Of a DNA stretch of 16,426 nt, positions 1-9,734 are shown in pieces (the stretch's first letter is position 1; the number at the start of each line of letters is the position of its first letter). Below the pieces are notes generated by a model, which was not told the DNA's origin, did no database searches, and saw nothing but the letters and a program-made list of their open reading frames with translations. Source of the DNA: a virus (taxonomy: Duplodnaviria; Heunggongvirae; Uroviricota; Caudoviricetes); the IMG/VR virus record IMGVR_UViG_2609459799_000005. One strand, given 5' to 3'. The position numbers were made by a program, and so were the translations under genes.

Positions 1-517
1 GTGGTATCGATATCCATGTACCACACTGGTAGGTTTCAAAAAACACAATAACCAATTGTATTTGAAGCAAAAAACAAGACTTTGAGATGTTTTTTTGTAC
101 CTTTTTTTTATGTTTTTAACTGTCTGATTTTATTGAAATCTTTTTTAGTTTTGCAGAAGGAATTTTTTACTTGATTGTAACTTTTTCGTTTTTTTGGGGC
201 TAATTGACGCGCAATGCTGGGCGGGGAGCGCACAGCCAAAAAAACCGAAATTGACCGCTAATTACTGCCAATCATCATCGCTCTGATTGAGCGTAAATCA
301 TTCAGGTTATTCAGTTCTTCCTTCTGCTCTCGCTGACGTCAATAAATCCCATCATTGCGATCAACCTCATCCTTAACCATTGATGCGAGCAGTTCTTCCA
401 GTTTCTGCGCTGATATCGAAGCATACCAGGCTATTTCAATATCGCTATGCTGCGGCAGCATTTAACCCCTTGTAATTCATCGCCATAATTGATTTAATTC
501 ACAAATAAAACTATAAC

Positions 518-1186
518 ATGGTGAAATCAATGAAAAAAAACACAGATGATGGGGCTAAAATTTACACACCACTTACCCTAAAGCTTTATGACTGGTGGGT
601 TTTGGGAGTATCAAATCGGCTTGCATGGGGATGTCCTACAAAGGAACACCTTCTTCCACACTTTCTGGAACATGTAGGTAACAACCATCTGGATATTGGT
701 GTTGGAACTGGGTTTTACCTTACTCACGTACCTGAGAGTAGTCTGATATCTTTAATGGATTTGAACGAAGCTAGCCTGAACGCGGCATCTACAAGGGCTG
801 GGGAATCAAAAATTAAACATAAAATTAGCCATGATGTTTTTGAACCTTATCCCGCGGCGTTACATGGTCAATTTGATTCCATTTCCATGTTTTACCTTCT
901 TCACTGCCTGCCTGGAAATATATCTACAAAAAGCTGTGTAATACGCAATGCGGCGCAGGCCTTAACTGACGATGGAACTCTATACGGAGCCACAATTCTT
1001 GGCGATGGAGTTGTGCACAATAGCTTCGGTCAAAAACTGATGCGCATTTACAATCAGAAAGGCATCTTTTCAAACACAAAAGATTCCGAAGAAGGCTTAA
1101 CACATATACTCTCAGAGCATTTCGAGAATGTTAAAACCAAGGTTCAAGGTACTGTAGTAATGTTTTCCGCTTCAGGGAAAAAATAG
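518..1186 (+). CDS. Putative class I SAM-dependent methyltransferase-like protein (prophage moron); likely true start at the internal Met near 530
   Basis: 222-aa ORF in an AT-rich island. Gly-rich motif DIGVGTGFYL resembles SAM-binding motif I. A GGTGA Shine-Dalgarno precedes the second ATG (MKKNTDD...). Sits downstream of tfa, as ybcY does in DLP12 (from memory, not verified). Confidence 0.55.
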   Translation: MVKSMKKNTDDGAKIYTPLTLKLYDWWVLGVSNRLAWGCPTKEHLLPHFLEHVGNNHLDIGVGTGFYLTHVPESSLISLMDLNEASLNAASTRAGESKIKHKISHDVFEPYPAALHGQFDSISMFYLLHCLPGNISTKSCVIRNAAQALTDDGTLYGATILGDGVVHNSFGQKLMRIYNQKGIFSNTKDSEEGLTHILSEHFENVKTKVQGTVVMFSASGKK

Positions 1187-1193
1187 CATCCAA

Positions 1194-1226
1194 CCGCAGC
1201 ACGTTCTTGCTTAAGACGTGCTGCGG
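1194..1226. terminator. 11-bp perfect stem-loop between convergent methyltransferase-like gene and tfa
   Basis: ccgcagcacgt / acgtgctgcgg inverted repeat with an 11-nt loop. The U-tract is displaced on both strands, so terminator function is uncertain. Confidence 0.4.
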
Positions 1227-1240
1227 CATAATCCCAATGA

Positions 1241-1825
1241 TTACTCCCTGACAGGGTTCGTAGGCCACTCAATATCAGGTGCAGTTGATGTATCAACACG
1301 GTTCAGCAACACCCGATACTTTTTCCAGGCTTCCAGCAACGAGATTTCTTCCTCTGTTGCAATTTCCAGATCTGCAGCATCCTGAAGCGGCGCAATATGC
1401 TCGCTGGCTACCTGCATCAGGCTGTTTTTTGTTTCTTCCGCCTCCCGGATCCGGAACAGTTTTTCTGCTTCCGTATCCTTCACCCAGGCTGTGCCGTTCC
1501 ACTTCTGAAACTCCCCTTCCGGCGATAACCAGGTAACATTTTCCGGTAACGGACCGAGTTCAGAAATAAATAACTCGTCCCCTGACGCTACGTCATAAAC
1601 CGTTTTACCCCGATGGTCTTCAACGAGATGCCACGATGCCTCATCACTGTTGAAAACAGCCACAAAGCCAGCAGGAATATCTGGTGGTGCAATATCGGTA
1701 CTGTTTGCTGGCAGACCTGTATGAGGCGGAATATATGCGTCACCTTCACCAATAAATTCATTAGTTCCGGCCAGCAGATTATAAATTTTTATGGTCCGTG
1801 CTTGTTCACTCATTCTGAATGCCAT
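1241..1825 (-). CDS. tfa: Tail fibre assembly protein Tfa (lambda Tfa-like)
   Basis: 194-aa product [39 protein letters not shown]... is near-identical over its length to lambda Tfa as I recall it. The start overlaps the stf stop (ATGA overlap at 1825). Confidence 0.9.
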   Translation of the reverse strand: MAFRMSEQARTIKIYNLLAGTNEFIGEGDAYIPPHTGLPANSTDIAPPDIPAGFVAVFNSDEASWHLVEDHRGKTVYDVASGDELFISELGPLPENVTWLSPEGEFQKWNGTAWVKDTEAEKLFRIREAEETKNSLMQVASEHIAPLQDAADLEIATEEEISLLEAWKKYRVLLNRVDTSTAPDIEWPTNPVRE

Positions 1826-4800
1826 TATGCAAGCCTCACAATATAGTTAAATGCGATGTTTTTGACGGTGTTTTCCGCGTTACCCGCAGCGTTAACGGTG
1901 ATGGTGTGTCCATGTGAACCAATCGCAACGGAGTGCGTATGCGCACCAATACCTACAGTATGTGCATGTGCGCCAGAACTTGCTGCAGTACCAGACAGCG
2001 AGTGGGTATGAGCACCTGCTGACTGTGTCTGAATACGTTGATAATACGATCTATAGGAAGAAGTCTCCGGCCTTACTTGATACTGTGAATCCTGGACATA
2101 AGTGAACCCACCGCCATCATAAAATGCTAACGCAGAACCGCCGCCTCCTGGCCAACGAATACCATTACCATGAGTATGATCACCGGCAGACCCCGTAGAG
2201 CCACTCAGACTGTGCGTATGCGCCCCGGTGTTATTCGTGGATTTAGTGCCGTAATCAAACGACGATGTGGTTTTCGTCCCCAAATCCGTACTGGATGCGC
2301 TGGCGCTGTGGGTGTGCGATTTAATGCCGTCCTGTTCCTGAGACAATACGGCTCGATCACTGGCGGGCTTGCCCTTAATCGTCCAGCCACGCATATCAGG
2401 AATAACGCCTGACGGATAAGCCACTGCAAGTTTCGGGTAAGCAGATTTGTCAAAAGTCTGCCCCTGCATCAGGGCATAACCAGACGGAACGGTATCTGAT
2501 GGCCACGGGATTGGTGCACCGACTGGGTAGCTTTCTGGTGGAAGATTTTTCGAGGTATAAACTTCTGCCCAGTCTTCCTCAAAACCATAACCGTCTCTTG
2601 AAGAACGGTAGAACAGACCACCATTTCTGTAATGCGCCTTCATCTGCAGGGTCCGGCAACTTCCGACTCCGGTATAGAAGTTAACCAGAATATAGCTGTC
2701 GCCAGAGCGGGTGACATTGTAAGCGCCTGATTCGGCATTCCAGGGAACGGCTCCATCCGAATCCGCATAAGCCCCCGTCGAACGTCGGGCAAATGCACCA
2801 ATATTTTCCGGCGTGAGGTTAATATCCGCCGAGCCATCAAACTTAACACCGTTAATTTTTGGGTCTGCCGCAAGTTTCGTCGCGGTATCGGCGTTCCCCT
2901 TCAGTGCCCCGGTGATCCCATCAGTAACAGACAACGGACCTGAAATAGTCCCTCCAGTTGTTGACAGCGCTCCAATATCTGATGGTGTAGGTTTCTGATG
3001 TGAGCTATACATCGTATAAACAACACCATCGGTAACGCTGGAAGGCTTACTCGCTGAATATGTTAGCGAGGTATAAATAGAAACTGACGCATTTGTAGTA
3101 CAATCCCAATGGATATTTACACTCGTCGCATAATTGCCAATCTCAACGTAAATATCATATATATCGCCGGATGTGTTGATCCAGGCGAAATTCGTTAATC
3201 CGACGGCTGTACGCTTCCACAAAGCTCCGGTAATCCCTTTGGGGTTTCCATTGCCTGCTCGTAGAACCAGTTCAGATATACCTGCCTGTTGAGGTGCCCC
3301 CACGTTAAATCCAGCGCCACCAATCAATGCGATGTAAACGATGGAACTCGCTTGTGGCATGGTAACCGTTGCCAGTTTGAACCACCCTGCCCCGCCAGAG
3401 AAAGAGATCGTTACTGAATTTAAAGTGCCAATATCTTTCGGTGTTAATGTTATATCCGCAGTCAGTGCTTTCCCGTTAACTTTTCGGTTAGATGGTACCC
3501 TGCCATTCGCATTGTCATTCGCTGCTTTAACTGCCTTCGGTGTCGCGGCAAGCGTTTCAGATGTGCTGTTGGTTGCACTGCTGAGCTGTACTATCCCCTT
3601 TTTCGTCGTGCTCGCATCCTCAAGCGCCACGGCGGATGCAATATCCTCTGCCCGTTTTGCCGCTGTCTCGGCGCGCGTTGCCGCGGATTCCGCCGTACTT
3701 TTGCTCTGAGCTGCCGCCGTCGCACTGCCAGCTGCCTCTGTCGCCTTCGTGGATGCCGTCGTGGCGCTGCCCTTTGCTGCTGACGCCTGTCTGGTCGCCT
3801 CATCTTTTGAAGCAGACGCAGATGATGCCGATGACGCCGCTGAACTGGCTGACGATGCGGCTGCCGCCTTAGAGGAAGCAGCATTGTCTGCTGAAGTCTT
3901 TGCATTTGTTTCAGAGGTTTTTGCTGCAGAAGCAGACCTCGCTGCTGCAGTGGCTTGCTCAGTGGCTTTGCCAGCCTTCGTTGTGGCTGTTGAAGCGGAT
4001 GATGCGGCGCTTTCTGCCGATTTTCCGGCGGCGGTGGCACTGGCTGAGGCCTGCCCGGCACTTGTTGACGCGGCACTGGCAGATAATGCAGCCGCTGTTT
4101 TTGAACCTGCCGCAGTTGAGGCGCTCTGTCCCGCTGCTGTTTCAGAAGACTTAGCGTTCGTCTCGGACGTTTTTGCCGCCTTCGCGGAATTTCCTGCCGC
4201 CGTTGCCGAGGAAGCTGCACTACTGGCACTTGATGATGCATTCGTTTCTGAAGATTTCGCTGCCTCTTTTGAGGCCGCCGCACCCCGTGCCGAGGTGGCA
4301 GCTTCTGACGCCTTCGTGGTCGCTGTGGATGCAGAAGTGGCTGCCGATTTTTGTGATGCTGCGGCATTCGTTTCTGACGTTTTCGCGGCACTGGCGCTGG
4401 TAGCTGCCGCGCTTTTTGATGACTCTGCAGCAGCAGCACTTTTTGCTGCTTCACGGGCCTTTGTCGATGCCGTTCCTGCGCTGGAAGACGCTGACTGAGC
4501 CGACGACGCGGCCTGTCCGGCTGACGTGCTGGCGGCACGTGATGAGGCTGCAGCATCGGTTGCATGAGTTGCCGCCTCGCTGGCTGATGCACTGGCATCG
4601 CTGGCTGATTTTTTCGCGGCTGCCGTATTCTGTGCAACCGCGGAGGCGTTACGTGACACCTCTTCTACCATCTGCTCAAAGCGGCGCAGTGCCTCCGGTC
4701 GGACATCATCCTCCGTCATGGCACCGAGAAAATCATTCAGCGTACCTGGTCTGGAACCTTCATAGACGGTAATGGTCCCGGCATGTGAAGGCGGAAAACC

Positions 4801-4995
4801 TTCAACCAGCAGGGTGACGCTGTACTGACCATGCTCAACATCCATGCTGTAACGTCCGGCTTCATCCGGATTTTCAGAGGCCACCGTGTTCACCACCACC
4901 GTGCTGCTGGTTCGTCTGGCCTTCAGCACAATGGTGCAGTTCTGTACTGGTTTTCCTGTGCCATCTTTAAGCACGCCAGAAATTTTTACTGTCAT
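1825..4995 (-). CDS. stf: Side tail fibre protein Stf (lambda Stf-like, mosaic)
   Basis: 1056 aa. N-terminus [28 protein letters not shown]... matches lambda Stf. Long Ala/Ser/Thr-rich repeat tract with reiterated KTSETNA units. C-terminal His-rich GAHTHS / HxH motifs typical of Stf and gp37-type fibre tips. Shine-Dalgarno GGTGGAAAAG precedes the ATG. Confidence 0.9.
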   Translation of the reverse strand: MTVKISGVLKDGTGKPVQNCTIVLKARRTSSTVVVNTVASENPDEAGRYSMDVEHGQYSVTLLVEGFPPSHAGTITVYEGSRPGTLNDFLGAMTEDDVRPEALRRFEQMVEEVSRNASAVAQNTAAAKKSASDASASASEAATHATDAAASSRAASTSAGQAASSAQSASSSAGTASTKAREAAKSAAAAESSKSAAATSASAAKTSETNAAASQKSAATSASTATTKASEAATSARGAAASKEAAKSSETNASSSASSAASSATAAGNSAKAAKTSETNAKSSETAAGQSASTAAGSKTAAALSASAASTSAGQASASATAAGKSAESAASSASTATTKAGKATEQATAAARSASAAKTSETNAKTSADNAASSKAAAASSASSAASSASSASASKDEATRQASAAKGSATTASTKATEAAGSATAAAQSKSTAESAATRAETAAKRAEDIASAVALEDASTTKKGIVQLSSATNSTSETLAATPKAVKAANDNANGRVPSNRKVNGKALTADITLTPKDIGTLNSVTISFSGGAGWFKLATVTMPQASSIVYIALIGGAGFNVGAPQQAGISELVLRAGNGNPKGITGALWKRTAVGLTNFAWINTSGDIYDIYVEIGNYATSVNIHWDCTTNASVSIYTSLTYSASKPSSVTDGVVYTMYSSHQKPTPSDIGALSTTGGTISGPLSVTDGITGALKGNADTATKLAADPKINGVKFDGSADINLTPENIGAFARRSTGAYADSDGAVPWNAESGAYNVTRSGDSYILVNFYTGVGSCRTLQMKAHYRNGGLFYRSSRDGYGFEEDWAEVYTSKNLPPESYPVGAPIPWPSDTVPSGYALMQGQTFDKSAYPKLAVAYPSGVIPDMRGWTIKGKPASDRAVLSQEQDGIKSHTHSASASSTDLGTKTTSSFDYGTKSTNNTGAHTHSLSGSTGSAGDHTHGNGIRWPGGGGSALAFYDGGGFTYVQDSQYQVRPETSSYRSYYQRIQTQSAGAHTHSLSGTAASSGAHAHTVGIGAHTHSVAIGSHGHTITVNAAGNAENTVKNIAFNYIVRLA
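3590..4640 (-). repeat. Imperfect tandem repeat tract inside stf encoding the Ala/Ser/Thr-rich fibre shaft
   Basis: Reiterated GCx-rich units; peptide units such as [18 protein letters not shown] and [11 protein letters not shown] recur. Alternative frames on both strands give long spurious ORFs. Confidence 0.6.
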
Positions 4996-5010
4996 ACTTT
5001 TCCACCAATA

Positions 5011-5040
5011 AAAAAAGCCCGCAGCAGTGACGCCACGGGC
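5011..5040 (-). terminator. Rho-independent terminator downstream of lom remnant, upstream of stf
   Basis: On the minus strand a 7-bp stem (aagcccg / cgggctt) with a 14-nt loop is followed by a run of six T. Confidence 0.6.
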
Positions 5041-5146
5041 TTCAGGACAGTGTAACTTTACGTTTCCTCAAACGCAGTTCACCCCATAAGGTGGATGAAC
5101 CTGCGTATCATAACAATATTTACAGAAGATAAATCGGCGTCTGTTG

Positions 5147-5434
5147 TCAGAAACGGTATCCGATACCAACAATAAATGCATCCGTTCGCCAGTCGCCACT
5201 ACCGGAACCTTCATAAGCGACATCAATGGCCACGGATTCGGTCGGGTTAAACTGCACGCCAGCTCCCCACGCCAGAGACGTGTTGCTGTGGCGACAGTCA
5301 TCACTTCCGGTCAGCACATCGTGCTTTTTCCCCTTGTTGTCAGTTACGCGGAGATAATCCCCGGAGAAAGTCGACACACGGCTGTAAGCCACACCCGCCA
5401 TCGCATACGCGCTGAACCATTCATTCAGCTGCGC
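5147..5434 (-). pseudogene. lom: C-terminal fragment of outer-membrane protein Lom (Ail/Lom family); N-terminal half deleted
   Basis: Frame reads ...SAYAMAGVAYSRVSTF...SLAWGAGVQFNPTESVAIDVAYEGSGSGDWRTDAFIVGIGYRF, matching the Lom C-terminus (AYEGSGSGDWRTDGFIVG). The reading frame opens only 11 codons upstream of the internal Met and overlaps the J stop. Confidence 0.7.
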
Positions 5435-7316
5435 TCACCTCCACCGTCAGGTGCTGCACTGCCGGTGGGATGACGCTGTTCAGGGAACCTGACTGCGGCT
5501 CAAAGCGGGCACCGTTATCCACGATGGCTTCTTTTTCCGGTACGTGCTGCACCGCCGTGATGGCAAAGGTGCCGTCCGTGTTTTCCCGGATGGAGACACA
5601 GCGGAACAGGCGACGGCGCAGTGACGGCAGGGAGAGTCCCCACACCCCGTATGTCTCCACACCATCAGGCAGGGTACTGACCTGTATCCGGTCCGGCGCG
5701 GGGTGTGCGGTGATGTCCACACTCACCGGCTTACCGCTGCCGTTAATCAGGTTCACCGCCGATGTACCTGTCTCCGGCAGGGTAACCTCACGGTCCAGCG
5801 TCAGGGTGCGGGTGGCAGCATCAATGGACAGGACACGTCCGCCGGTCAGGGTCCCGGCATAGTCATTATCACAGATTTCAATAATGTCACCGGGTGTGTG
5901 CCGCAGCCCCTGAGACCCGAGCGTGAAATCCACCGTCTGCGTTTCCAGCAGTTCGGTCTTTATCACCCACAGTCCGGCACGGTGGGCCTGACCGCGGCTG
6001 GTACAGCCGAACGCGTCCATCTTCAGCAGGTTGCGTCCGTAGCGCAGTATGGCTTCCGGGTCTTCCACCAGTTCCGTGGAGGTCTGCCAGCCGTTCTGCG
6101 GGTCGGTGTAATTCACCTCCACCGCCGTGTGCCGGTCCTTCAGGGCACTGAAGCTGTAGCGGAATCCCACGCCGTTATCATCCACCACCACATCGCTGTT
6201 GGTGTACGGCCACACCACATCCGACGGGCGGTCCTGAACGAACGTCAGCGTCTGACCGTTCCATACCGGCATACAGCGCATCGCAGAGCAGAAATCACTG
6301 AGAACGTCCCACGCCTTACGCTGTTGTGCCAGGTACGCATTAAAGGTCATCCGCGGCTCGGTCCCCCCGAAACCATCCGGGACCGTCTGGTCGCAGTACT
6401 GCCCGATGGCATACAGCGCCCACTTGTCCACATCCGCCGCCCCCAGACGTTTTCCCATGCCGTAGCGCGGGTGAGTCAGCATGTCCCACAGACACCAGGC
6501 CGGGTTGTTGCTGTATGCCGGTTTCAGACTGCCGTCCCAGATACCACTATACGTGCGTTTTTCCGGGTCATAGTTTGACGGCACCTGGATGATGCGACCG
6601 CGGATATGGTAGTTCACCGTCATCTGCTGGCCGCCGAACTGCTCCGCATCCACCTGCAGCCCCACAATGGCCGTGTTCGGGTAGCACTGTTTCACATCGA
6701 TGATTTCGGTGTATGACGACCACAGCGTCTTATTCTGCAGCTGGTCCGTGGTGCTGTCCGCCGTCTCCCTGACCATCCGGATGTTAAAGGGCCGGGGAGG
6801 CAGATTATCCAGAATCACCGAGGCCAGGAACTGTGAGGTGGTCTTGCCGTTAATGGTGACGTCCTTTTCTGTCACCCAGTTACCGTTACGCTGTAACTGA
6901 ATCAGCAGGCGGACGGATGCCGGGTTACGGTCACCCTTTGAGGTGGTCTCCACCAGTGACTGCACCCCGAAGGTAACCCGCAGGCGGTCAATGTTCGCGG
7001 ACGTAATGGTGCGCGTCACCGGTTTTGCCTTCGTCACTTCCACGCCCAGTCCGGTTTCAGCTCCGGAGGACTCAAAGCCTTCCGGTGGTGTCTGCTCCTG
7101 CTCCCCGGCGCGCCAGACCGCCGTCACACCGTGTATCACGGGATTGCCGTCCGTGTCCGTCAGTGGGGTTTTGTTCACCAGAATACTCTGCAGTCCCTTC
7201 ACCGGACCTTCTATCGGTCCCTCACCAATCGCATCAATCACGCTCATCATCTGCGTGGATTTGAGATTATCCTTCGCCTCACGAGGCGTGTGTGCCTTAC
7301 CGCCACCTTTTCCCAT
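5421..7316 (-). pseudogene. J: Tail tip / host specificity protein J, N-terminal 631 aa only (C-terminal receptor-binding part deleted)
   Basis: MGKGGGKAHTPREAKDNLKSTQMMSVIDAIGEGPIEGPV... is collinear with lambda J (about 1130 aa) up to ...PPAVQHLTVEV, then stops and abuts the lom fragment. Shine-Dalgarno GGGGAAGG precedes the ATG. Confidence 0.85.
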
Positions 7317-7420
7317 ACAGCCTTCCCCTGAATAAATTAACCGCCACTTGCCATTCCGTACAGAAGTCGGATATCCTTCGCCCGAAAAGCATGAAACACA
7401 TTTCTGCCATGCTAAAGAGA

Positions 7421-7448
7421 AACCCCGGTATCAGCAGATACCGGGGTT
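7421..7448. terminator. Strong 12-bp stem-loop (bidirectional terminator-like) in the I-J insert
   Basis: aaccccggtatc-agca-gataccggggtt perfect hairpin, followed by ttctttc on the plus strand and tctcttt on the minus strand. Confidence 0.5.
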
Positions 7449-7521
7449 TTCTTTCATGCCCACCGATAATCCTGTTGGTTAAAACCGGTAATGGCATAAA
7501 AATTCTGAATATCTTCACATT

Positions 7522-7549
7522 TTCACACACTGACTGTGGCGCTTATAAT
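7522..7549 (+). promoter_or_regulatory. Sigma70-like promoter candidate (TTCACA - 16 bp - TATAAT) reading toward the terminator at 7621-7654
   Basis: Near-consensus -35 and perfect -10 hexamers with a 16-bp spacer in an AT-rich insert. Predicted start site near 7556. Confidence 0.3.
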
Positions 7550-7620
7550 TTCGCTGCGTTAGTGTTTTTTTGCCCGAGTAACAAAAACAACTCCTTAACA
7601 TTGATCTTCATTTGTCTGTC

Positions 7621-7654
7621 CCCGCAGCTCCGCGATCACTGCGGGATTTTTTTA
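7621..7654 (+). terminator. Rho-independent terminator on the plus strand
   Basis: cccgcag-N11-ctgcggg stem-loop followed by attttttta. Confidence 0.55.
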
Positions 7655-7658
7655 TGTT

Positions 7659-8339
7659 TTATCCCTGTCGCCCGATAACCACGACCGTTCCGCCCCCACC
7701 TTCATCACGGGTGCTGATGTCCTGGGATATACGGCGGGAGCCAACCAGCATTTCCCCGTAAGGCACCGGCATCGGGTTCCCCTGGGCAATCATGTTATCC
7801 AGCGAGGAAAAGTACGTGTTCTGTCTGCCGTTATCCGTTGCGCGGTAATCCGGTGTTTTTGCCTTCGGGGCCAGCATCTGGGCCACACCGCCCAGAATCA
7901 TGCTGGCTCCAAGTGAAAACAGCATCGTGGTGGCAGAAAAACCACCGGCTGCCAGGGCTGAACCCCATAACGCCATTGATGCCCCGGCAGTGAAGAAAGA
8001 GCCCACGATGGCTGCCGCCCCCAGCACAATCTGCAGTCCACCCTTTCCGGCCCCGGCCAGTCGCGGCACAATATGGATGACCGTTCCCTCACCCAGCTGT
8101 TCGTGAAGACGGGCGTACACCGCCTCCGGTGCCGTGTCATAACCGGCAATACGTATCTGGTACCAGCCTTCGTTCATCTGACGGCGAAAGCCCGGCACCT
8201 GTAACGACAGCGCCCGGATGGCTTCCGCTGCCGTGTTCACATACAGGCTGAGGCGGCGGCCAAATCGTTGTAAATCCCCGTGAAGGCAGATGCGTGCCAG
8301 TGGCGGTGACGCCAGACAGAATGCGTTCGTCGTTGCCAT
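7659..8339 (-). CDS. I: Tail assembly protein I (lambda gpI-like)
   Basis: 226 aa. Conserved blocks ARICLHGDLQRFGRR, WYQIRIAG, VIHIVPRLAGAGKGG, LFSLGASMILGGVAQMLAPKAKTP and NTYFSSLDNMIAQGNPMPVPYGEM match lambda gpI. Shine-Dalgarno GGGAGAGG upstream. Confidence 0.85.
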   Translation of the reverse strand: MATTNAFCLASPPLARICLHGDLQRFGRRLSLYVNTAAEAIRALSLQVPGFRRQMNEGWYQIRIAGYDTAPEAVYARLHEQLGEGTVIHIVPRLAGAGKGGLQIVLGAAAIVGSFFTAGASMALWGSALAAGGFSATTMLFSLGASMILGGVAQMLAPKAKTPDYRATDNGRQNTYFSSLDNMIAQGNPMPVPYGEMLVGSRRISQDISTRDEGGGGTVVVIGRQG

Positions 8340-8393
8340 TTTTCGGAATACCTCTCCCGTTTACTCAGTTGTTCAGGCAGATGGTGAAGCAGC

Positions 8394-8885
8394 TCACCGT
8401 TGCCGCAGTAAATGGCGGCATGGTTCGGTATGGGTCTGTACCTGGCAGAGGTCATCCAGATCATCGTCACGTCGTACCATATCCCGGGCAGGGTTGAAGG
8501 CGTTGGCCGCCACCTCCACAGTCGGGGCCAGAATCGTGTAACCCGCCGCCTGCCGCCAGTTCAGTAACAGTGCAGTCATCATGATCCCCGCGGCCAGCGT
8601 GGACTTCGAGTTTTTCTTGGGGATAAGGATAAAAACTTCCTTGATATGGCGTACACCGGTCTGCGCATCGTAGGAGCCAAACAGGGCCGCCACCAGGTCA
8701 AACACCCACGGTGCACAGGACTCCCCGAACGTAGGGCTACCAGGTGCATCCACAATCCGCAGTTGTTTAAAAATCGCCAGGGCATGTGCGGCCTCGTCCG
8801 GATAAATCGGAGCCGGAATAATCGACAGCCCCTTTTTCAGGCGCTCTGCCCAGTCCGGGCAGGCTGTGCTCCATACAGGTATCAT
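8394..8885 (-). pseudogene. terL: Terminase large subunit, N-terminal fragment of about 163 aa (Terminase_1/HK97-type)
   Basis: Start overlaps the terS stop (ATGA). Contains a deviant P-loop-like segment (ILIPKKNSKSTLAAGIMMTALL) as in HK97-type TerL N-termini. The ORF ends after 163 aa, where full TerL is 450 aa or more, and gene I begins 55 bp downstream. Confidence 0.7.
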
Positions 8886-9445
8886 CCGTTGCCCTCATTA
8901 TCGTTATTCACCACCAGTCGGGGTGGCGGTGGCACCGCAAAACGGTTAGCCGCTTTTTTCGCGGCATCACCTTTTGCCGATTTTTTCCCGGTATCCCCTT
9001 TTTTATGGTGCGTGAACTGCGCCAGACGCCAGGCCGCATCCAGTGCCAGTTTCGGATCAATGCAGAGGTTTTCCACCAGGATCCGCCCCATGGCTTTCAC
9101 CGGATCGGGAAGACCATCCTCCATATATTCAATACCAGGAGACATCACCGCGGACGGTGGCATCTCCGGATTGTTTTCGTCCGGCTGTGGTATTGCAGCC
9201 GCCTCACGGCGACGGGGTTTATCCTCCTGCTCTGATTTTTTCTGCCGGTAAACAGGAACCTCATCCACCTCCACCGTCTCGCACTGTTTACGGGCTATAA
9301 ACGCGAGCACCTCCGGATCTTTTGCCAGCTGCGAGCCTTTAACCCTGGCTGTCTTCGCCGAATAACCGGCGGCAATGGCTGACGCTGTTTTGTTTTTCCC
9401 GGACATGAGCGCCAGCGCAAATTTTCGTTTTTGCGTTGTCAGCAC
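8882..9445 (-). CDS. terS: Terminase small subunit (Terminase_2/P27-type, N-terminal HTH)
   Basis: 187 aa. N-terminus MLTTQKRKFALALMSGKNKTASAIAAGYSAKTARVKGSQL... fits the conserved TerS signature (L-T-x-KQ-x-F ... A-A-x-x-AGYS-x-K-T-A). Immediately followed by terL. Confidence 0.75.
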   Translation of the reverse strand: MLTTQKRKFALALMSGKNKTASAIAAGYSAKTARVKGSQLAKDPEVLAFIARKQCETVEVDEVPVYRQKKSEQEDKPRRREAAAIPQPDENNPEMPPSAVMSPGIEYMEDGLPDPVKAMGRILVENLCIDPKLALDAAWRLAQFTHHKKGDTGKKSAKGDAAKKAANRFAVPPPPRLVVNNDNEGNG

Positions 9446-9519
9446 AGCCTCCTCCCGGGTCCAGAACGCACTCAGCCGGGTATGGTTCAGCCCATTTTTC
9501 CCGGCGTCTCATGCCGCAA

Positions 9520-9641
9520 ATGTTAACTGCTGCCTGGTTAACATTTGCTGAAAAAGCCTGTTAACATTTTTTCCGCACAACAAACTGAATAATAAAGATA
9601 AAAACCGCAAAAATGCCCGGGCAGCCAGTTAACATGTTAAC
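9520..9641. repeat. Array of GTTAACAT octamers (5 copies) including the interrupted palindrome ATGTTAAC-N9-GTTAACAT and an 18-bp perfect palindrome CAGTTAACATGTTAACTG; candidate cosB-like or operator site
   Basis: Copies at about 9520-9527, 9537-9544, 9560-9567 and 9628-9641 (two abutting). Lies in the AT-rich HNH-terS intergenic region where HK97-like phages carry cos. Confidence 0.5.
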
Positions 9642-9734
9642 TGCCCTGAAACGGGAATTTTTTCTCTGCGTGAGAGGGGGCGCGGTGTCCAAAGCGATCG
9701 TTTTTTACGCCGGATGATACCCCCCCGGGTTGGG

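Noticed and set aside
518-1186. Possibility that the 222-aa methyltransferase-like protein is a DNA methylase of a restriction-modification system
   Set aside because: Too small, no DPPY/NPPY or target-recognition region, and no adjacent endonuclease. More consistent with a small-molecule or protein methyltransferase.
3591-4637. 348-aa Arg/Gln/Pro-rich ORF on the minus strand (and the 249-aa Ala-rich plus-strand ORF 3749..4498)
   Set aside because: Alternative-frame and antisense readings of the GC-rich, repetitive stf shaft tract. Low-complexity composition, no Shine-Dalgarno, fully embedded in a well-supported gene.
5703-6578. 291-aa plus-strand ORF
   Set aside because: Antisense to the J coding region; Arg/His/Val-rich composition typical of a spurious antisense frame in GC-rich DNA.
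7292-7678. 128-aa plus-strand and 77-aa minus-strand ORFs in the I-J insert
   Set aside because: Both run through strong terminator hairpins, lack Shine-Dalgarno sequences and have non-ATG or implausible starts. The insert is better explained as non-coding.
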